64,000 nt of DNA. Origin: Gammaproteobacteria bacterium (GTDB lineage: Bacteria > Pseudomonadota > Gammaproteobacteria > Eutrophobiales > Eutrophobiaceae). Each line of letters opens with the position of its first letter. Within the stretch, counting starts at the first letter, position 1. Below, in pieces: positions 1 through 9,848 of the stretch. The notes beneath the pieces are model-generated. The model worked only from the letters and a program-made list of their open reading frames with translations, was not told the DNA's origin and searched no databases. The translations under genes were made by a program, and so were the position numbers. The stretch lies in contig CBDCTH010000012.1 of assembly GCA_965222155.1 (NCBI GenBank), positions 960,001-1,024,000 of the forward strand. The letters run 5' to 3'.

Positions 1-1488
1 ATAAAGAGTATTGGAGCCACCTTCTTGTAGTGCTGTTTGCGCTTTTCGATAAATCTCGACTGCTCTCTTCGATAACAGTTCCTCTGGAAGGTCGACAAGG
101 ACACGGCGGTGTTCCAGTTCATTGCGCGCATATTCCTCGGTAATTGATTCACCTTCTCGCTGACGGTGAATCTCCTCATCTTGGCTTCCTGAAGATGGTA
201 AGGGAACGGGGGAGATCATTATCCGCGCTCCCTCGGCGAGCTTGTCTTCCAACAGGTGTGGATCAGGGCAGATGATACGTAGACTAGCCTTTGTCGCACG
301 ATGATTCAGCAAGGGATTTCGCAGGGTGAGATCGAGTAGCTTCCGTTGCCAGCGATCCAGACGATTTTCGGGCGTATCGGATTTCCCGTCATCCGGGTCA
401 GCATTATCGAAGTCCGGAAGGCTTGGCGCTGGCTCTAATGGCAATTGCGCTACGGTGCTGCTGTCCTTGGTTTCTGGCTTACCAGACTTGAGGCCGAGAG
501 GTGTGATGCTATGTGCCCGCGCACGGCGGATATCGACCGCAGCGCTGAAAGTGTCGTCGTCATCGACGCGGATGCTACTACCGCTGGTTGCGAGAGCCTT
601 AGAGAATGGTGGAGCGGGATGAGACGTCACGCAGGTCGTCTCAATGAGTACAAGTTCTTTTAGATCGATTCGTTTTCTGAGTGTTTCTGCCTCATCAATC
701 ACGATAGTCGAAAGATCCTCGGGTTGAAGCCAGACCCCGGCAAGTGCATGACCCTTTGGTAACGCGATAATCGGGTTGAGTCCGGCCTGCTCAAAAGCTG
801 AAGCGAACAGCATGGCTGTATCTAGACAGGTTGCTACCCGGCTATCGAGAATCTGTGTCGGCAGGCGAATTTTCTGGCCGTCGCTCTCGAAGCTCGCTGG
901 CGGGGCAGCGTAGGTAAGACCTAGATTGGCAATCGCTGAGTAAATGGCAGATGCGATTTCCCATACGCGCTCACGACTTTGGGACTGGTAACCGTCTATC
1001 TGATCCTGTATGCCCGCTCGACGTAGAACCTCGCTAGCATTCCTAAGAATTTTATCAACCGCCGGATCGTTCGGCATGGAAAACGCCGCCAGAAGCTCAG
1101 GCATAAACCCGGCCCCACCCCACTCGTTGTACGCCAGCAATTCGACCGGCTTCGTCAGCTCATACAGGACGTTTTCTTCCTTTTCAAGCCGGAGCGTAAT
1201 GCTGCCGCGTATGGAGTCAGTGAGGTTCAGGAGGAACTCGCCGTCTATTTCAAGGTCCCGGTCCATGATGGATATCAATCCTTGTGGTGCTACCCGGTCG
1301 ACACGCCAAGTCTTCTCTCGGATAAATGCAGGATTGGATTGAAGGGTCAGAATCATGTCCTCAATGCGGTGGTCATCATGGAGGTTTCTAACGCGAAGGC
1401 TTCGCAGAATGGTATATGCGCTTTGGTGTGCCGCGAAGTTCAGCTTAGCCGCGATATCTGCTTGAATTTGCAGATTTTTCATCGACAT
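1..1488 (-). CDS. N-terminal part of a DUF4011/DUF3320 SF1 helicase-Vsr protein (HheA-like anti-phage protein); runs off the window edge
   Basis: Not in the ORF track. Open minus-strand frame from ATG at 1488 to position 1 (MSMKNLQIQADIAAKLNFAAHQ...ELLAYNEWGG...PELLAAFSMPNDPAV...PPASFESDGQKIRLP...ATCLD...RLDRWQRKLLDLTLRNPLLN...ALQEGGSNTLY). WQRKLLDL-RNPLLN and EEGGxNTLY are DUF4011 hallmarks. Confidence 0.85.
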   Translation of the reverse strand, partial: MSMKNLQIQADIAAKLNFAAHQSAYTILRSLRVRNLHDDHRIEDMILTLQSNPAFIREKTWRVDRVAPQGLISIMDRDLEIDGEFLLNLTDSIRGSITLRLEKEENVLYELTKPVELLAYNEWGGAGFMPELLAAFSMPNDPAVDKILRNASEVLRRAGIQDQIDGYQSQSRERVWEIASAIYSAIANLGLTYAAPPASFESDGQKIRLPTQILDSRVATCLDTAMLFASAFEQAGLNPIIALPKGHALAGVWLQPEDLSTIVIDEAETLRKRIDLKELVLIETTCVTSHPAPPFSKALATSGSSIRVDDDDTFSAAVDIRRARAHSITPLGLKSGKPETKDSSTVAQLPLEPAPSLPDFDNADPDDGKSDTPENRLDRWQRKLLDLTLRNPLLNHRATKASLRIICPDPHLLEDKLAEGARIMISPVPLPSSGSQDEEIHRQREGESITEEYARNELEHRRVLVDLPEELLSKRAVEIYRKAQTALQEGGSNTLY

Positions 1489-1868
1489 TGGATAGTTCTC
1501 CTATATTTATCGAATTCTTCCTACACAGACTACCCGATTTTTTATCTTTGAAAAGTCTCAAATGTTTTTCAGTACACACACATCATTTGCCGGACGTCGA
1601 CGCGAGACTTTAAAACAAGACGACCGTCCCGCGACGAATAGCCCGATTGATTAAACCACTACATTCGCAATCCAATTAAAGGAGGCCTTCGGTGAAACGT
1701 TAATATTATGGGCGTGGCAGATGGTTGTCTGATCCCATATATTCCGCTCCTGAAATACTAGGCTCTCGCTGAAACACGGCATTGATCGCCTGTTAAGAGA
1801 CCAGAGCGATTACGTGTTACTGATGATCGGTGCACTTAGGTTGAGAACAAAATCCCACAAAAACCCAA

Positions 1869-2117
1869 TTGTTTTTGTATCTGGAATTGGAACCGGGTGA
1901 AGTTGAGCAGTTGAAAATCAAGGCAGCCCTGTTTGATGCCATTATTGCCTACATCAAAGAAAATGATCTGACTCAGAAACAGGCTGCCGATATCATGGGT
2001 GTACAGCGTTCGCGTATTGGTGATGTGTGTCGGGGGAAAATGTCCGGGTTCTCCATTGATGCTTCTGTCTCTATGGCAGCGAGAGCCGGTCTGCATCCAC
2101 TACAAATTGCGACCTGA
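1869..2117 (+). CDS. XRE-family helix-turn-helix protein (HigA-like, orphan; start uncertain)
   Basis: LTQKQAADIMGVQRSRIGDVCRGKMSGFSID is a typical HTH_37-type motif; no cognate toxin upstream. Confidence 0.7.
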   Translation: MFLYLELEPGEVEQLKIKAALFDAIIAYIKENDLTQKQAADIMGVQRSRIGDVCRGKMSGFSIDASVSMAARAGLHPLQIAT

Positions 2118-2235
2118 CGGTCTTAACAGGCTACTTTAAGCGTCACAGAGGATTTTTTCATAAATACGAAGGATAGAACCCGTACAGGATCAGCGTTATC
2201 CGTAAAGAATGATTTTCAACCAGTTGTTGTATTTA

Positions 2236-2272
2236 CCTTGAAAATCCGTAAATCAAGTACGGATTTTCAAGG
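2236..2272. promoter_or_regulatory. Strong palindrome (operator or terminator)
   Basis: ccttgaaaatccgta-aatcaag-tacggattttcaagg, 15-bp perfect arms immediately after the DUF3226 stop. Confidence 0.5.
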
Positions 2273-2281
2273 AATAATGCC

Positions 2282-2836
2282 TTACTTTAGATTTTTCAAA
2301 AGAAACTTTTTAAGTGGATCCAATGCAGGGCTCTCGAAATTCCAGTACTTGGCATTGTATTCTTCTGACTTGTCTGTTTTATTAAGCGCCCCAAGGGCTT
2401 CCTTATAGCTGTATATTTTCCCCTTTATATCGGGGGTGATGTATTCGCGCTTTTTTCCATTCAGGCATTTTTTGTAATCTTCAAAACACGCGAAGATATC
2501 CGCATGGTCCGGGATGATAATTTCTTCCAAAAGATTTTCCAGGATTCCATCAGATCGATTGTCGGGGAAAAGGAAAACCTCAAATTCCAAGCCGTTAAGT
2601 TTGTCCAGAATTTCCTGGCGAGTGTTCTTATAATCACTATTGGCATCAAAAATGATTATAAGCTTTGAGCCTTGGACCAATTTCCTTTCGATGTTTGACC
2701 TTACAAGGTTGTATTTGCCCCCTATATTTTCAAGCCATTCTGGAGAGAAATTATCTATGGGTAAATTGCGAGCGTAGTTTTTCAGGAAGAAAAGGTCTTC
2801 CTTGCCCTCAACGACGATATGGAATTTTTTATCCAT
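2282..2836 (-). CDS. DUF3226/TOPRIM-like protein, partner of the upstream ATPase
   Basis: IVVEGKED (TOPRIM glutamate), IIIFDAN, FLFPDN..G.LENLL, WNFESPALDPLKKFL. Confidence 0.75.
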   Translation of the reverse strand: MDKKFHIVVEGKEDLFFLKNYARNLPIDNFSPEWLENIGGKYNLVRSNIERKLVQGSKLIIIFDANSDYKNTRQEILDKLNGLEFEVFLFPDNRSDGILENLLEEIIIPDHADIFACFEDYKKCLNGKKREYITPDIKGKIYSYKEALGALNKTDKSEEYNAKYWNFESPALDPLKKFLLKNLK

Positions 2837-2842
2837 ATTTGG

Positions 2843-3964
2843 TTATCGAATGTCGATACCGGAATTCTCCGACTTTACCAAATCCTCATGGGAATATCTG
2901 AATACCTTGACCTCATCGGAATCCAATTTTTCCAATGCAAAGCACGCAGCTATGTTATCTCCATCATTGGCAGATGAGTTGCTACTCAATACTTCTGTCA
3001 GAAGTCTTATGACGTCAGCATTATGGGTAGTTGCAAATATCTGCGTTCCACACTTGGCCGAATGCTCCAGAATCATCTCCCACATATGTTTTATTGTGGA
3101 AACATGAAGCCCATTGTCAACTTCATCTACGAGCAACACGCCGTCTCTCGTTCCATCAATGCTGGAAAGTATATTGAGAATACGGACGGCGCCATTCCCG
3201 AACAGATTTATGGGAATAAAACTATCAAGACCTATATCAATAGAAACAACTCCTCGAGGCCCTGTTTTAATATCCTGAATTTTGGGATCAATAAACCTTA
3301 GGCTATGCAAAAGTGAATCCTTTCGTTTTGCATTAAGAATTTTGTCAACGAAGTTATGGTCGTATCCTTTGGGCCACAAGAAACGGAATTTTATGGTTTC
3401 CTTGTAATTATCAGCCGGAGTTAGAGTAAAACTCAGGTCGTCAAGTTGCGTCCTGCGCGTCGTGGCTTCGTAATCCATATCCTGGCCAGTGGCCTTGTCG
3501 GTAATGGTAAACTTATACTTAAACCCCGTGAGAGATTCCCCTGGTTCAAAATTTTCAACACGGGTTTGGGAGACCTGTCTTACGCTTATATCTCCGGAAA
3601 CTGCTGATGGGCGGTCAACACTCCGCTCGGTGTAAAGGTTGCCAAACATGGGAGAAACCTTAAGACATCTCTTTCCTTTTCTTTGTATCCCAGATAACGT
3701 TATTCCCTGCTCATGATTGCGAGCATAAAAATAATTTCTCAGGTCAGAACTTTCATTGGGAAATATTCCTCTCCAACTTTCTATGTCTATTATCAAACCA
3801 GGATTCGAAATCCCGGTCAGTAGAAATACCGACTCTAAAACTGCAGTCTTGCAGTAATTATTTTTGCCGACAAACAGATTAACTCGCGCGAGATCATTAA
3901 TTTCCAAGGATTTAATCCCACGGAAATTTTCAATCTTCAAAGATTTGTAAAAATGCTCTTTCAT
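2843..3964 (-). CDS. ABC-type AAA_15/AAA_21 ATPase
   Basis: IENFRGIKSL, degenerate Walker A GKNNYCKT, signature-like FGNG, Walker B LLVDEVDNGLH, IFATTHN. Confidence 0.85.
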   Translation of the reverse strand: MKEHFYKSLKIENFRGIKSLEINDLARVNLFVGKNNYCKTAVLESVFLLTGISNPGLIIDIESWRGIFPNESSDLRNYFYARNHEQGITLSGIQRKGKRCLKVSPMFGNLYTERSVDRPSAVSGDISVRQVSQTRVENFEPGESLTGFKYKFTITDKATGQDMDYEATTRRTQLDDLSFTLTPADNYKETIKFRFLWPKGYDHNFVDKILNAKRKDSLLHSLRFIDPKIQDIKTGPRGVVSIDIGLDSFIPINLFGNGAVRILNILSSIDGTRDGVLLVDEVDNGLHVSTIKHMWEMILEHSAKCGTQIFATTHNADVIRLLTEVLSSNSSANDGDNIAACFALEKLDSDEVKVFRYSHEDLVKSENSGIDIR

Positions 3965-4035
3965 GTTGCGTTTTCACTATCCTGCATTATACCACTACAA
4001 ACTCCACACGGCCCACTAAAGCTGCCTTGATCACA

Positions 4036-5385
4036 TCACCCTGCGCCCCACAGCAGCAGCCCACCGCCGAACAGGAACAGTGTCAGCAGGAATATCACGA
4101 AGGTATAACCCATTATCTGGCGCATGTGCAGGCCTGCGATCGCCAGCAGGGGGATGGTCCAGAAGGGCTGGATCATGTTGGTCCACTGGTCGCCGTAGGA
4201 GATGGCCAGCACGATGATGGAGGGATCGACTCCCAGGTTCTGTCCCGCTTCGATAAATATCGGGCCTTGCACTGCCCACTGGCCGCCGCCCGATGGGATG
4301 AACATGTTGACCAGGCCGGCGCAGAGGAAAGCAAAAAAGCTGAGTGTTTCTGCGGTGGCAATCGAAGTAAACCAGTCGGAAATGATGCCGGCGAGGCCGG
4401 TGCCCTGCATCATGCCCAGGATGCCTGCATAAAACGGGTATTGTATGAGCACCGGGCCTATGGTCGAACTCGCGTTGTTAATCAGCTGAACGTAATGGGA
4501 TGGTGAGCGGGACAGCAGCAGACCGGCGCCGAGAAATGACCAGTTCACCAGGTTCAGGTTGAGGTGAAAGCCGTTGGCATAAAAACTGTAGCCGATGTAA
4601 GCAAACAGGGCGGCGCCAAGGATCAGCGTAAGAGTTCGCATGTCGTCAAGGTACTGGGCAAAGGTCTTCGGTCCGGTCACGCTGCCTGGTTCCTCGACGT
4701 GTTCCTCAAGCAGCACGGGGTAGATCTCGATAATTTCCTGTTCCCGGGGACGCATCAACGGGCAGATTACCGAGATGATTACCAGGGTGATCAGGGCCAG
4801 CAAGCCGTTATGCAGGGTGAATACGGTATCGGTAATAGGGATAATACCGATTTCTGCTTCCAGCGAATGGCCGGCTGTGGCGACAAACAAGCCGGCTGAA
4901 GAGGAATAGCCCATGTGCCAGATGACGAAGCCGGCGTAGGCGGATGCGACCAGCAGCGGATAGTGAATGTGTATGCCTCGCCTGGCCCCTTGTCTGGCGA
5001 CCTCCCGCGCTACGGTAGCGCCTACGATCAGCCCTAATGACCAGGCGATAAGCGAACCTACCCCGGCGCTGAATGCAACCAGCGCGTAAGCACGGGTGGC
5101 GTTGTTCGGGATATTGCCGATGCGCTTTAACAGGGTTTGCACCCTGTCGGTGTGGACCAGCGCGTGGGCTGTCAGCAGTGTTATGCAGATCTGGGCGGTA
5201 AACGCCAACAGACTCGGCAGTCCGTCACCCCAGGCCGACAACGCTGCGGCCGGCGTTGCATCTGCGAGCACGAGAGACAGCAGGAAAGTGAGGACGGAGA
5301 GCAGGACCACGAATACAAACGGGTCCGGGTAGTAACGCTCAACGAATGTGACAAAAGGGCGCGCCAGTAACTGAAAAAATCGCAT
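4036..5385 (-). CDS. atoE: Short-chain fatty acid transporter (AtoE/TIGR00366 family)
   Basis: ERYYPDPFVF, HYPLLVASAYAG, NMFIPSGGGQWAVQGP, YGDQWTNMIQPFW. Confidence 0.9.
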   Translation of the reverse strand: MRFFQLLARPFVTFVERYYPDPFVFVVLLSVLTFLLSLVLADATPAAALSAWGDGLPSLLAFTAQICITLLTAHALVHTDRVQTLLKRIGNIPNNATRAYALVAFSAGVGSLIAWSLGLIVGATVAREVARQGARRGIHIHYPLLVASAYAGFVIWHMGYSSSAGLFVATAGHSLEAEIGIIPITDTVFTLHNGLLALITLVIISVICPLMRPREQEIIEIYPVLLEEHVEEPGSVTGPKTFAQYLDDMRTLTLILGAALFAYIGYSFYANGFHLNLNLVNWSFLGAGLLLSRSPSHYVQLINNASSTIGPVLIQYPFYAGILGMMQGTGLAGIISDWFTSIATAETLSFFAFLCAGLVNMFIPSGGGQWAVQGPIFIEAGQNLGVDPSIIVLAISYGDQWTNMIQPFWTIPLLAIAGLHMRQIMGYTFVIFLLTLFLFGGGLLLWGAG

Positions 5386-5406
5386 AAATTTACTCTGGTA
5401 TCCTGT

Positions 5407-5551
5407 GGGGTCAGATTAAAATCTGTCCCCTGTTACTCTCGCCGAGGCTCCACAGTCGTCATTCCGGGCTTGTCCCGGAATCCAGTGAAAACGCGAGCCT
5501 TCATAACAAGGAAAGTTATTTGACTGGATTCCGGCATTCGCCGGAATGACG
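5407..5551. repeat. Palindrome ggggtcagattaaaatctgtcccc plus REP/dRS3-like inverted doublet
   Basis: cgtcattccgggcttgtcccggaatccagt ... actggattccggcattcgccggaatgacg (5457-5551). Confidence 0.8.
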
Positions 5552-5581
5552 GTAGTTAAGGAAAACGTAGTTTGACCTTTG

Positions 5582-5683
5582 TTTATCTCCGTCATTAAAA
5601 TTCCAGGTGGTCGGTTCCCGCCCACGATTTTCTCCACGCTGTCACGTCGATTATTTATCTCCGTCATTAAAATTCCAGGTGGT
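5582..5683. repeat. 30-bp direct repeat duplicating the 3' end of asnS
   Basis: tttatctccgtcattaaaattccaggtggt at 5582-5611 and 5654-5683; the second copy spans the asnS stop. Confidence 0.85.
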
Positions 5684-7049
5684 TGGGGGTGCGTGGAAAC
5701 GGGATGACATCACGGATGTTGCCGGCGCCGGTCAACAACATCAGCAAGCGTTCAAAGCCCAGGCCGAAGCCGCAATGGGGCGCAGTGCCGTATTTGCGTG
5801 TATCCAGGTACCACCAGAAATCGGCAGGATGAAGGCCCAGTTCCGTTATGCGCCGGTGTAGCTGCTCATAGCGTTCCTCACGCTGGCTGCCGCCGATGAT
5901 CTCACCGATGGAGGGCACCAGGACATCCATGGCGGCCACCGTCCTGCCGTCATCATTCTGGCGCATGTAGAATGCCTTGATGTCTTTTGGATAATCAAAC
6001 ACGATCACTGGCCGTTTGAAATGGTTCTCCGTTAAAAACCGCTCATGCTCAGACTGTAAGTCCTTGCCCCATTCCGGTTTGAACTCGAAGTTTTGACCTG
6101 ATTTTTGCAATATCTCTACGGCCTCCGTATAGGGGAGACGGATAAATTCATTATCCGCAATATTTTCCAGGGTGGCGGGCAGGGATTTATCGACAAAGCG
6201 GCAGAACAGGTCGAGATCGGCGCTGCATTCTTCCCTGACGAAGTTCACCAGGTAGCGGATCAGTTCCTCCCCCAGGTCCATGTTGTCGTTCAGGTCGGAG
6301 AAGGCCATTTCCGGCTCTATCATCCAGAACTCGGCGGCATGGCGGGAGGTGTTGGAGTTCTCTGCGCGAAATGTCGGGCCGAATGTATAAACGCGCCCCA
6401 GGCTCAGGCAATAGGTTTCCACCTCCAACTGTCCCGATACCGTCAGGTTTGCCTCTTTGCCGAAGAAGTCCCGGGTGAAATCGACCACGCCATCCTGCTT
6501 GGCTACATCCTGTAAATCCAGTGTAGTCACCCGGAACAACTCCCCGGCGCCCTCGCAATCGGCGCCGGTAATGATGGGGGTGTGAATCCAGTTGAAATCA
6601 CGCTCCTGAAAGAAGCTATGGACGGCATGGGACAACCTGGAACGGATACGGAACATGGCGCCGTACTTATTGGTGCGCGGGCGCAGGTGGGCAATCGTGC
6701 GCAGGAACTCGTCGGAATGGCGTTTCTTTTGCAGGGGATAGTCTTCCGGCGCGCTGCCGATTACTTCAATGGCAGCGGCCCGAATCTCCCATTTCTGGCC
6801 CTTGCCGGGCGATTCGACCAAATCTCCCCGTACTTTGATGGCCGCGCCGGTGGTGATGTGCTTAAGCGTAAGTGTGTCCAGTTCCGTGTCGGCGATTACC
6901 TGTATATTTGCCAGACAGGAACCATCGTTCAATTCGATGAATGAAAATTCTTTTGCATCCCGTCTGGTCCTGACCCAACCGGATAGTTCCGTGCCTTGAA
7001 CAGGACCGTCGGCATTCAACAGTGCTTTAACCGTATTATATTCCTGCAT
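5667..7049 (-). CDS. asnS: Asparagine--tRNA ligase
   Basis: [43 protein letters not shown]. Confidence 0.97.
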   Translation of the reverse strand: MQEYNTVKALLNADGPVQGTELSGWVRTRRDAKEFSFIELNDGSCLANIQVIADTELDTLTLKHITTGAAIKVRGDLVESPGKGQKWEIRAAAIEVIGSAPEDYPLQKKRHSDEFLRTIAHLRPRTNKYGAMFRIRSRLSHAVHSFFQERDFNWIHTPIITGADCEGAGELFRVTTLDLQDVAKQDGVVDFTRDFFGKEANLTVSGQLEVETYCLSLGRVYTFGPTFRAENSNTSRHAAEFWMIEPEMAFSDLNDNMDLGEELIRYLVNFVREECSADLDLFCRFVDKSLPATLENIADNEFIRLPYTEAVEILQKSGQNFEFKPEWGKDLQSEHERFLTENHFKRPVIVFDYPKDIKAFYMRQNDDGRTVAAMDVLVPSIGEIIGGSQREERYEQLHRRITELGLHPADFWWYLDTRKYGTAPHCGFGLGFERLLMLLTGAGNIRDVIPFPRTPNHLEF

Positions 7050-7052
7050 GAA

Positions 7053-7715
7053 TCAGCGCTTTCTGATCAAGGTGAGTCCGTCGCCGATTGGGAGCATGCA
7101 CATATCTACCTTATCGTCTGCATGTACCATCTTGTTGAACTCACGGATGGCTACCGTTTCATCACTCTGTTTGTCCGGGTTTGCCACGTTACCCCCCCAG
7201 AGCACGTTATCTATGGCCATCAGACCACCACTGCGCAGCAGGCGATAATTCAGTGGGTAGTAGGCGGAGTATTCCTCCTTTACCGCATCCACAAAAATAA
7301 AATCGAAACTGTCCGACGCGCCGGACGCGACCAAATCAGCCAGGGTGTCAAGGGCAGGGGCCAGGCGCAGTTCGATTTTTTCCGCAACGCCGGCTGCCTG
7401 CCAGTATTCTTTTGCCCTGGACGTATATTCTTCGTTCACGTCACAGGCAATGATTTTTCCGTCAGGGGGCAATGCCCTGGCCATGCACAGGCTGCTGTAA
7501 CCGGTATACACTCCCAACTCTATGATCTTCCTGGCATTCAGCAGCTTCACCAGCAAGGCTATGAACTGCCCCAGTTCCGGTGAAATCTGCATCACTGCCC
7601 ATTTATGCTGTGCCGTTTGCGCGCGGCAGCGTTGCATAATTTCATCCTCCCGTAACGTTGCGGAGAGAATATATTCGTAAACCTGTTCGGTTAAATTGAT
7701 GGAAGTTCTGGACAT
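7053..7715 (-). CDS. SAM-dependent O-methyltransferase (Methyltransf_3)
   Basis: IELGVYTGYSSL, FDFIFVDAVK, AIDNVLWGG, LPIGDGLTL. Confidence 0.9.
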   Translation of the reverse strand: MSRTSINLTEQVYEYILSATLREDEIMQRCRAQTAQHKWAVMQISPELGQFIALLVKLLNARKIIELGVYTGYSSLCMARALPPDGKIIACDVNEEYTSRAKEYWQAAGVAEKIELRLAPALDTLADLVASGASDSFDFIFVDAVKEEYSAYYPLNYRLLRSGGLMAIDNVLWGGNVANPDKQSDETVAIREFNKMVHADDKVDMCMLPIGDGLTLIRKR

Positions 7716-7743
7716 TAAGCCTGCTCGGGAATTTAATAGAGAT

Positions 7744-8523
7744 ATGCTACAGCATATCGAAATTCAGCGTCAGTATCCAGAGACAATCAGGCTGGCACAA
7801 CTGACGGATACGCATATTTCGGCTGATGAAAATGAATTATTTGGTGGTGTCAATACGACCGGGACATTACTGGATGTAATTGCTGACGTGAAACGTCGGG
7901 AAGACCTGGATCTGGTGTTGTTGACGGGTGATCTGGCCCACACCCCCTCGGTGGAAACATACAAAAAACTTGCGGCGTTATTGCAGCAGGTTAATGCGCC
8001 GGTCCACTGCCTGCCCGGGAACCATGACGACCCCCAGCTCATGCAGCGGTTGCTGAACACCGGTAACGTCAGTACGGCCAACTTTCTCAGCTGTGGCGCC
8101 TGGTCGATAATCCTGCTGAATACCTTTATGGCCGGCGATCATGGCGGTTATCTGTCTACAGCCGAACTGTCCTGCCTTGAGACCGCCCTGGCGCGTTCCT
8201 GCGACAAGCATGTTTTGATCTGCCTGCACCACCAACCCGTCAATATCCATAGCGCCTGGATGGACGCGATGGCGCTGAAAAACAGTGAGGTATTGTTTCA
8301 GGCCTTGGATCGGCATGATAATGTAAGAGGCATCGTCTGGGGGCATATACACCAGGAATTTTCGACGACCCGGAACGGAGTCCTGTTATTCGGTTCCCCG
8401 TCAACCTGTGTCCAGTTCCTCCAACAGTCGGATGAGGCCGGGATTGACACCAAACCGCCGGCTTATCGAAGCCTGACCTTAACTGAAAACGGCGGCATCC
8501 ACACCCGTATCCATTGGCTGTAA
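7744..8523 (+). CDS. cpdA: 3',5'-cyclic AMP phosphodiesterase (metallophosphoesterase)
   Basis: QLTDTH, TGDL, LPGNHDD, LHHQP, WGHIHQ, PSTCVQF. Confidence 0.9.
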   Translation: MLQHIEIQRQYPETIRLAQLTDTHISADENELFGGVNTTGTLLDVIADVKRREDLDLVLLTGDLAHTPSVETYKKLAALLQQVNAPVHCLPGNHDDPQLMQRLLNTGNVSTANFLSCGAWSIILLNTFMAGDHGGYLSTAELSCLETALARSCDKHVLICLHHQPVNIHSAWMDAMALKNSEVLFQALDRHDNVRGIVWGHIHQEFSTTRNGVLLFGSPSTCVQFLQQSDEAGIDTKPPAYRSLTLTENGGIHTRIHWL

Positions 8524-8676
8524 CCATATCCGCCTGAAACGGAAATAGAATTACAGGTGGAAATTCGTTCACAATGTCCTACAATCCAGATTATGGAAAT
8601 GCGGGCTAGTCAAGCGGGTCTGCATGACAAAGCGGCGCCTTCGGATCGGAAACGAAAATGAGGAGACTTGTTGTAA

Positions 8677-9054
8677 ATGAGCGCACTTAAATTTACCGAG
8701 GAACATGAGTGGCTGCGACTGGAAGATGATGGAACAGTTACCATCGGTATTACTGATTATGCCCAGGAGCAGCTTGGCGATATTGTCTATATCGAGTTGC
8801 CCAATGTGGGTGATATCCTGATCACGGGCAGTGAGGCGGCAGTTATAGAGTCCGTCAAGGCCGCGGGGGAGATAAAAGCGGCTGTCGGCGGTGAGGTGCT
8901 CGCTGTTAATACTTTCCTGGAGGATAAACCGGAGTCGGTTAATTTTGACCCCACCGACACCGGCTGGTTTTTCAGACTTGCGCCGGATGACGCGGGCGAA
9001 CTTGACCAGTATATGGACGAAGACACCTACCAGGAGTTTATCAAGGAGCTTTAA
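8677..9054 (+). CDS. gcvH: Glycine cleavage system H protein
   Basis: HEWL, IGITDYAQEQLGDIVYIELP, lipoyl-lysine motif ESVKAA. Confidence 0.95.
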   Translation: MSALKFTEEHEWLRLEDDGTVTIGITDYAQEQLGDIVYIELPNVGDILITGSEAAVIESVKAAGEIKAAVGGEVLAVNTFLEDKPESVNFDPTDTGWFFRLAPDDAGELDQYMDEDTYQEFIKEL

Positions 9055-9109
9055 AACAGCCCCGAAACCCTCTCCCGGCAAACATCCGTAGTTCCTGACT
9101 CTGGTAAAT

Positions 9110-9781
9110 TCAGCCCTGCTTCACTACATTATCTCTCAGGTAAACGGGTAATGCCTGTTCTGCGGTAACGTAGCGTTTGGCGTTGAATTCTCTCACTGCC
9201 AGCGGCAACATATCTTTTGCCAGAGGGTAGCATTCCGGGTCAACCCCGGTAATTTGCTTATCCAGGATTTCCTCAAGACGCGTCCGGTAGGTTGCCCAGC
9301 CGCTGCCGACGCCGAAGATCGGTTTATCGGCGGGAACTTGAACTGCGTCAGGAGGCGTTACCTGTTCTTCGGATACCAGCCTTACCAGGCCGTCTTGCGC
9401 CGAAGTGTAAGTCGCCCAGTATATTTCTCCCATCCTTGCGTCTATTGCCGGCAGAAGGGTGGCGGATTTACTGATTGCGCCTTGCGCCAGCGTTGCCAGT
9501 GTTGACAGCGGGATAACCGGCAAGCCGACGCCCAGGGCCAGGCCTTGTGTCACGCCGGCAGCAATCCTGACACCGGTGAAAGCACCGGGGCCCCGGCCAA
9601 AGGCAATGGCGTCAAGATCATTCAAACCAAGTCCGGCTTGCGCCAGGACCCCGTCCACCATAGGCAGGATCAACTCCGCATGCCGGCGCGGCGCAATTTC
9701 ATGCCGTTCATAAACGCTGTCGTTACTGAGCAACGCAGCCGAACAGGCTTCGGTAGCAGTATCCAATGCCAGAATTTTCAT
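9110..9781 (-). CDS. tsaB: tRNA threonylcarbamoyladenosine biosynthesis protein TsaB
   Basis: MKILALDTATEACS, GRGPGAFTGVRI, IDARMGEIY; start trimmed to ATG 9781. Confidence 0.95.
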   Translation of the reverse strand: MKILALDTATEACSAALLSNDSVYERHEIAPRRHAELILPMVDGVLAQAGLGLNDLDAIAFGRGPGAFTGVRIAAGVTQGLALGVGLPVIPLSTLATLAQGAISKSATLLPAIDARMGEIYWATYTSAQDGLVRLVSEEQVTPPDAVQVPADKPIFGVGSGWATYRTRLEEILDKQITGVDPECYPLAKDMLPLAVREFNAKRYVTAEQALPVYLRDNVVKQG

Positions 9782-9848
9782 GTCCGTTTCATTATATTCG
9801 ACATCTCGTCCTCTGTCCCCCGTCCCCCGTCCCCTGTATACTGACCTG

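Noticed and set aside
1788-2131. 11-bp inverted repeat (gcctgttaaga) around the HTH gene as element ends
   Set aside because: Short enough to arise by chance in 64 kb, and there is no TSD.
5582-5683. Mini-CRISPR (30-bp repeat, 42-bp spacer)
   Set aside because: Only two copies, and one is the coding end of asnS.
8524-8676. Glycine riboswitch before gcvH
   Set aside because: No recognisable ggaga...ccgaag...ctcagg aptamer.
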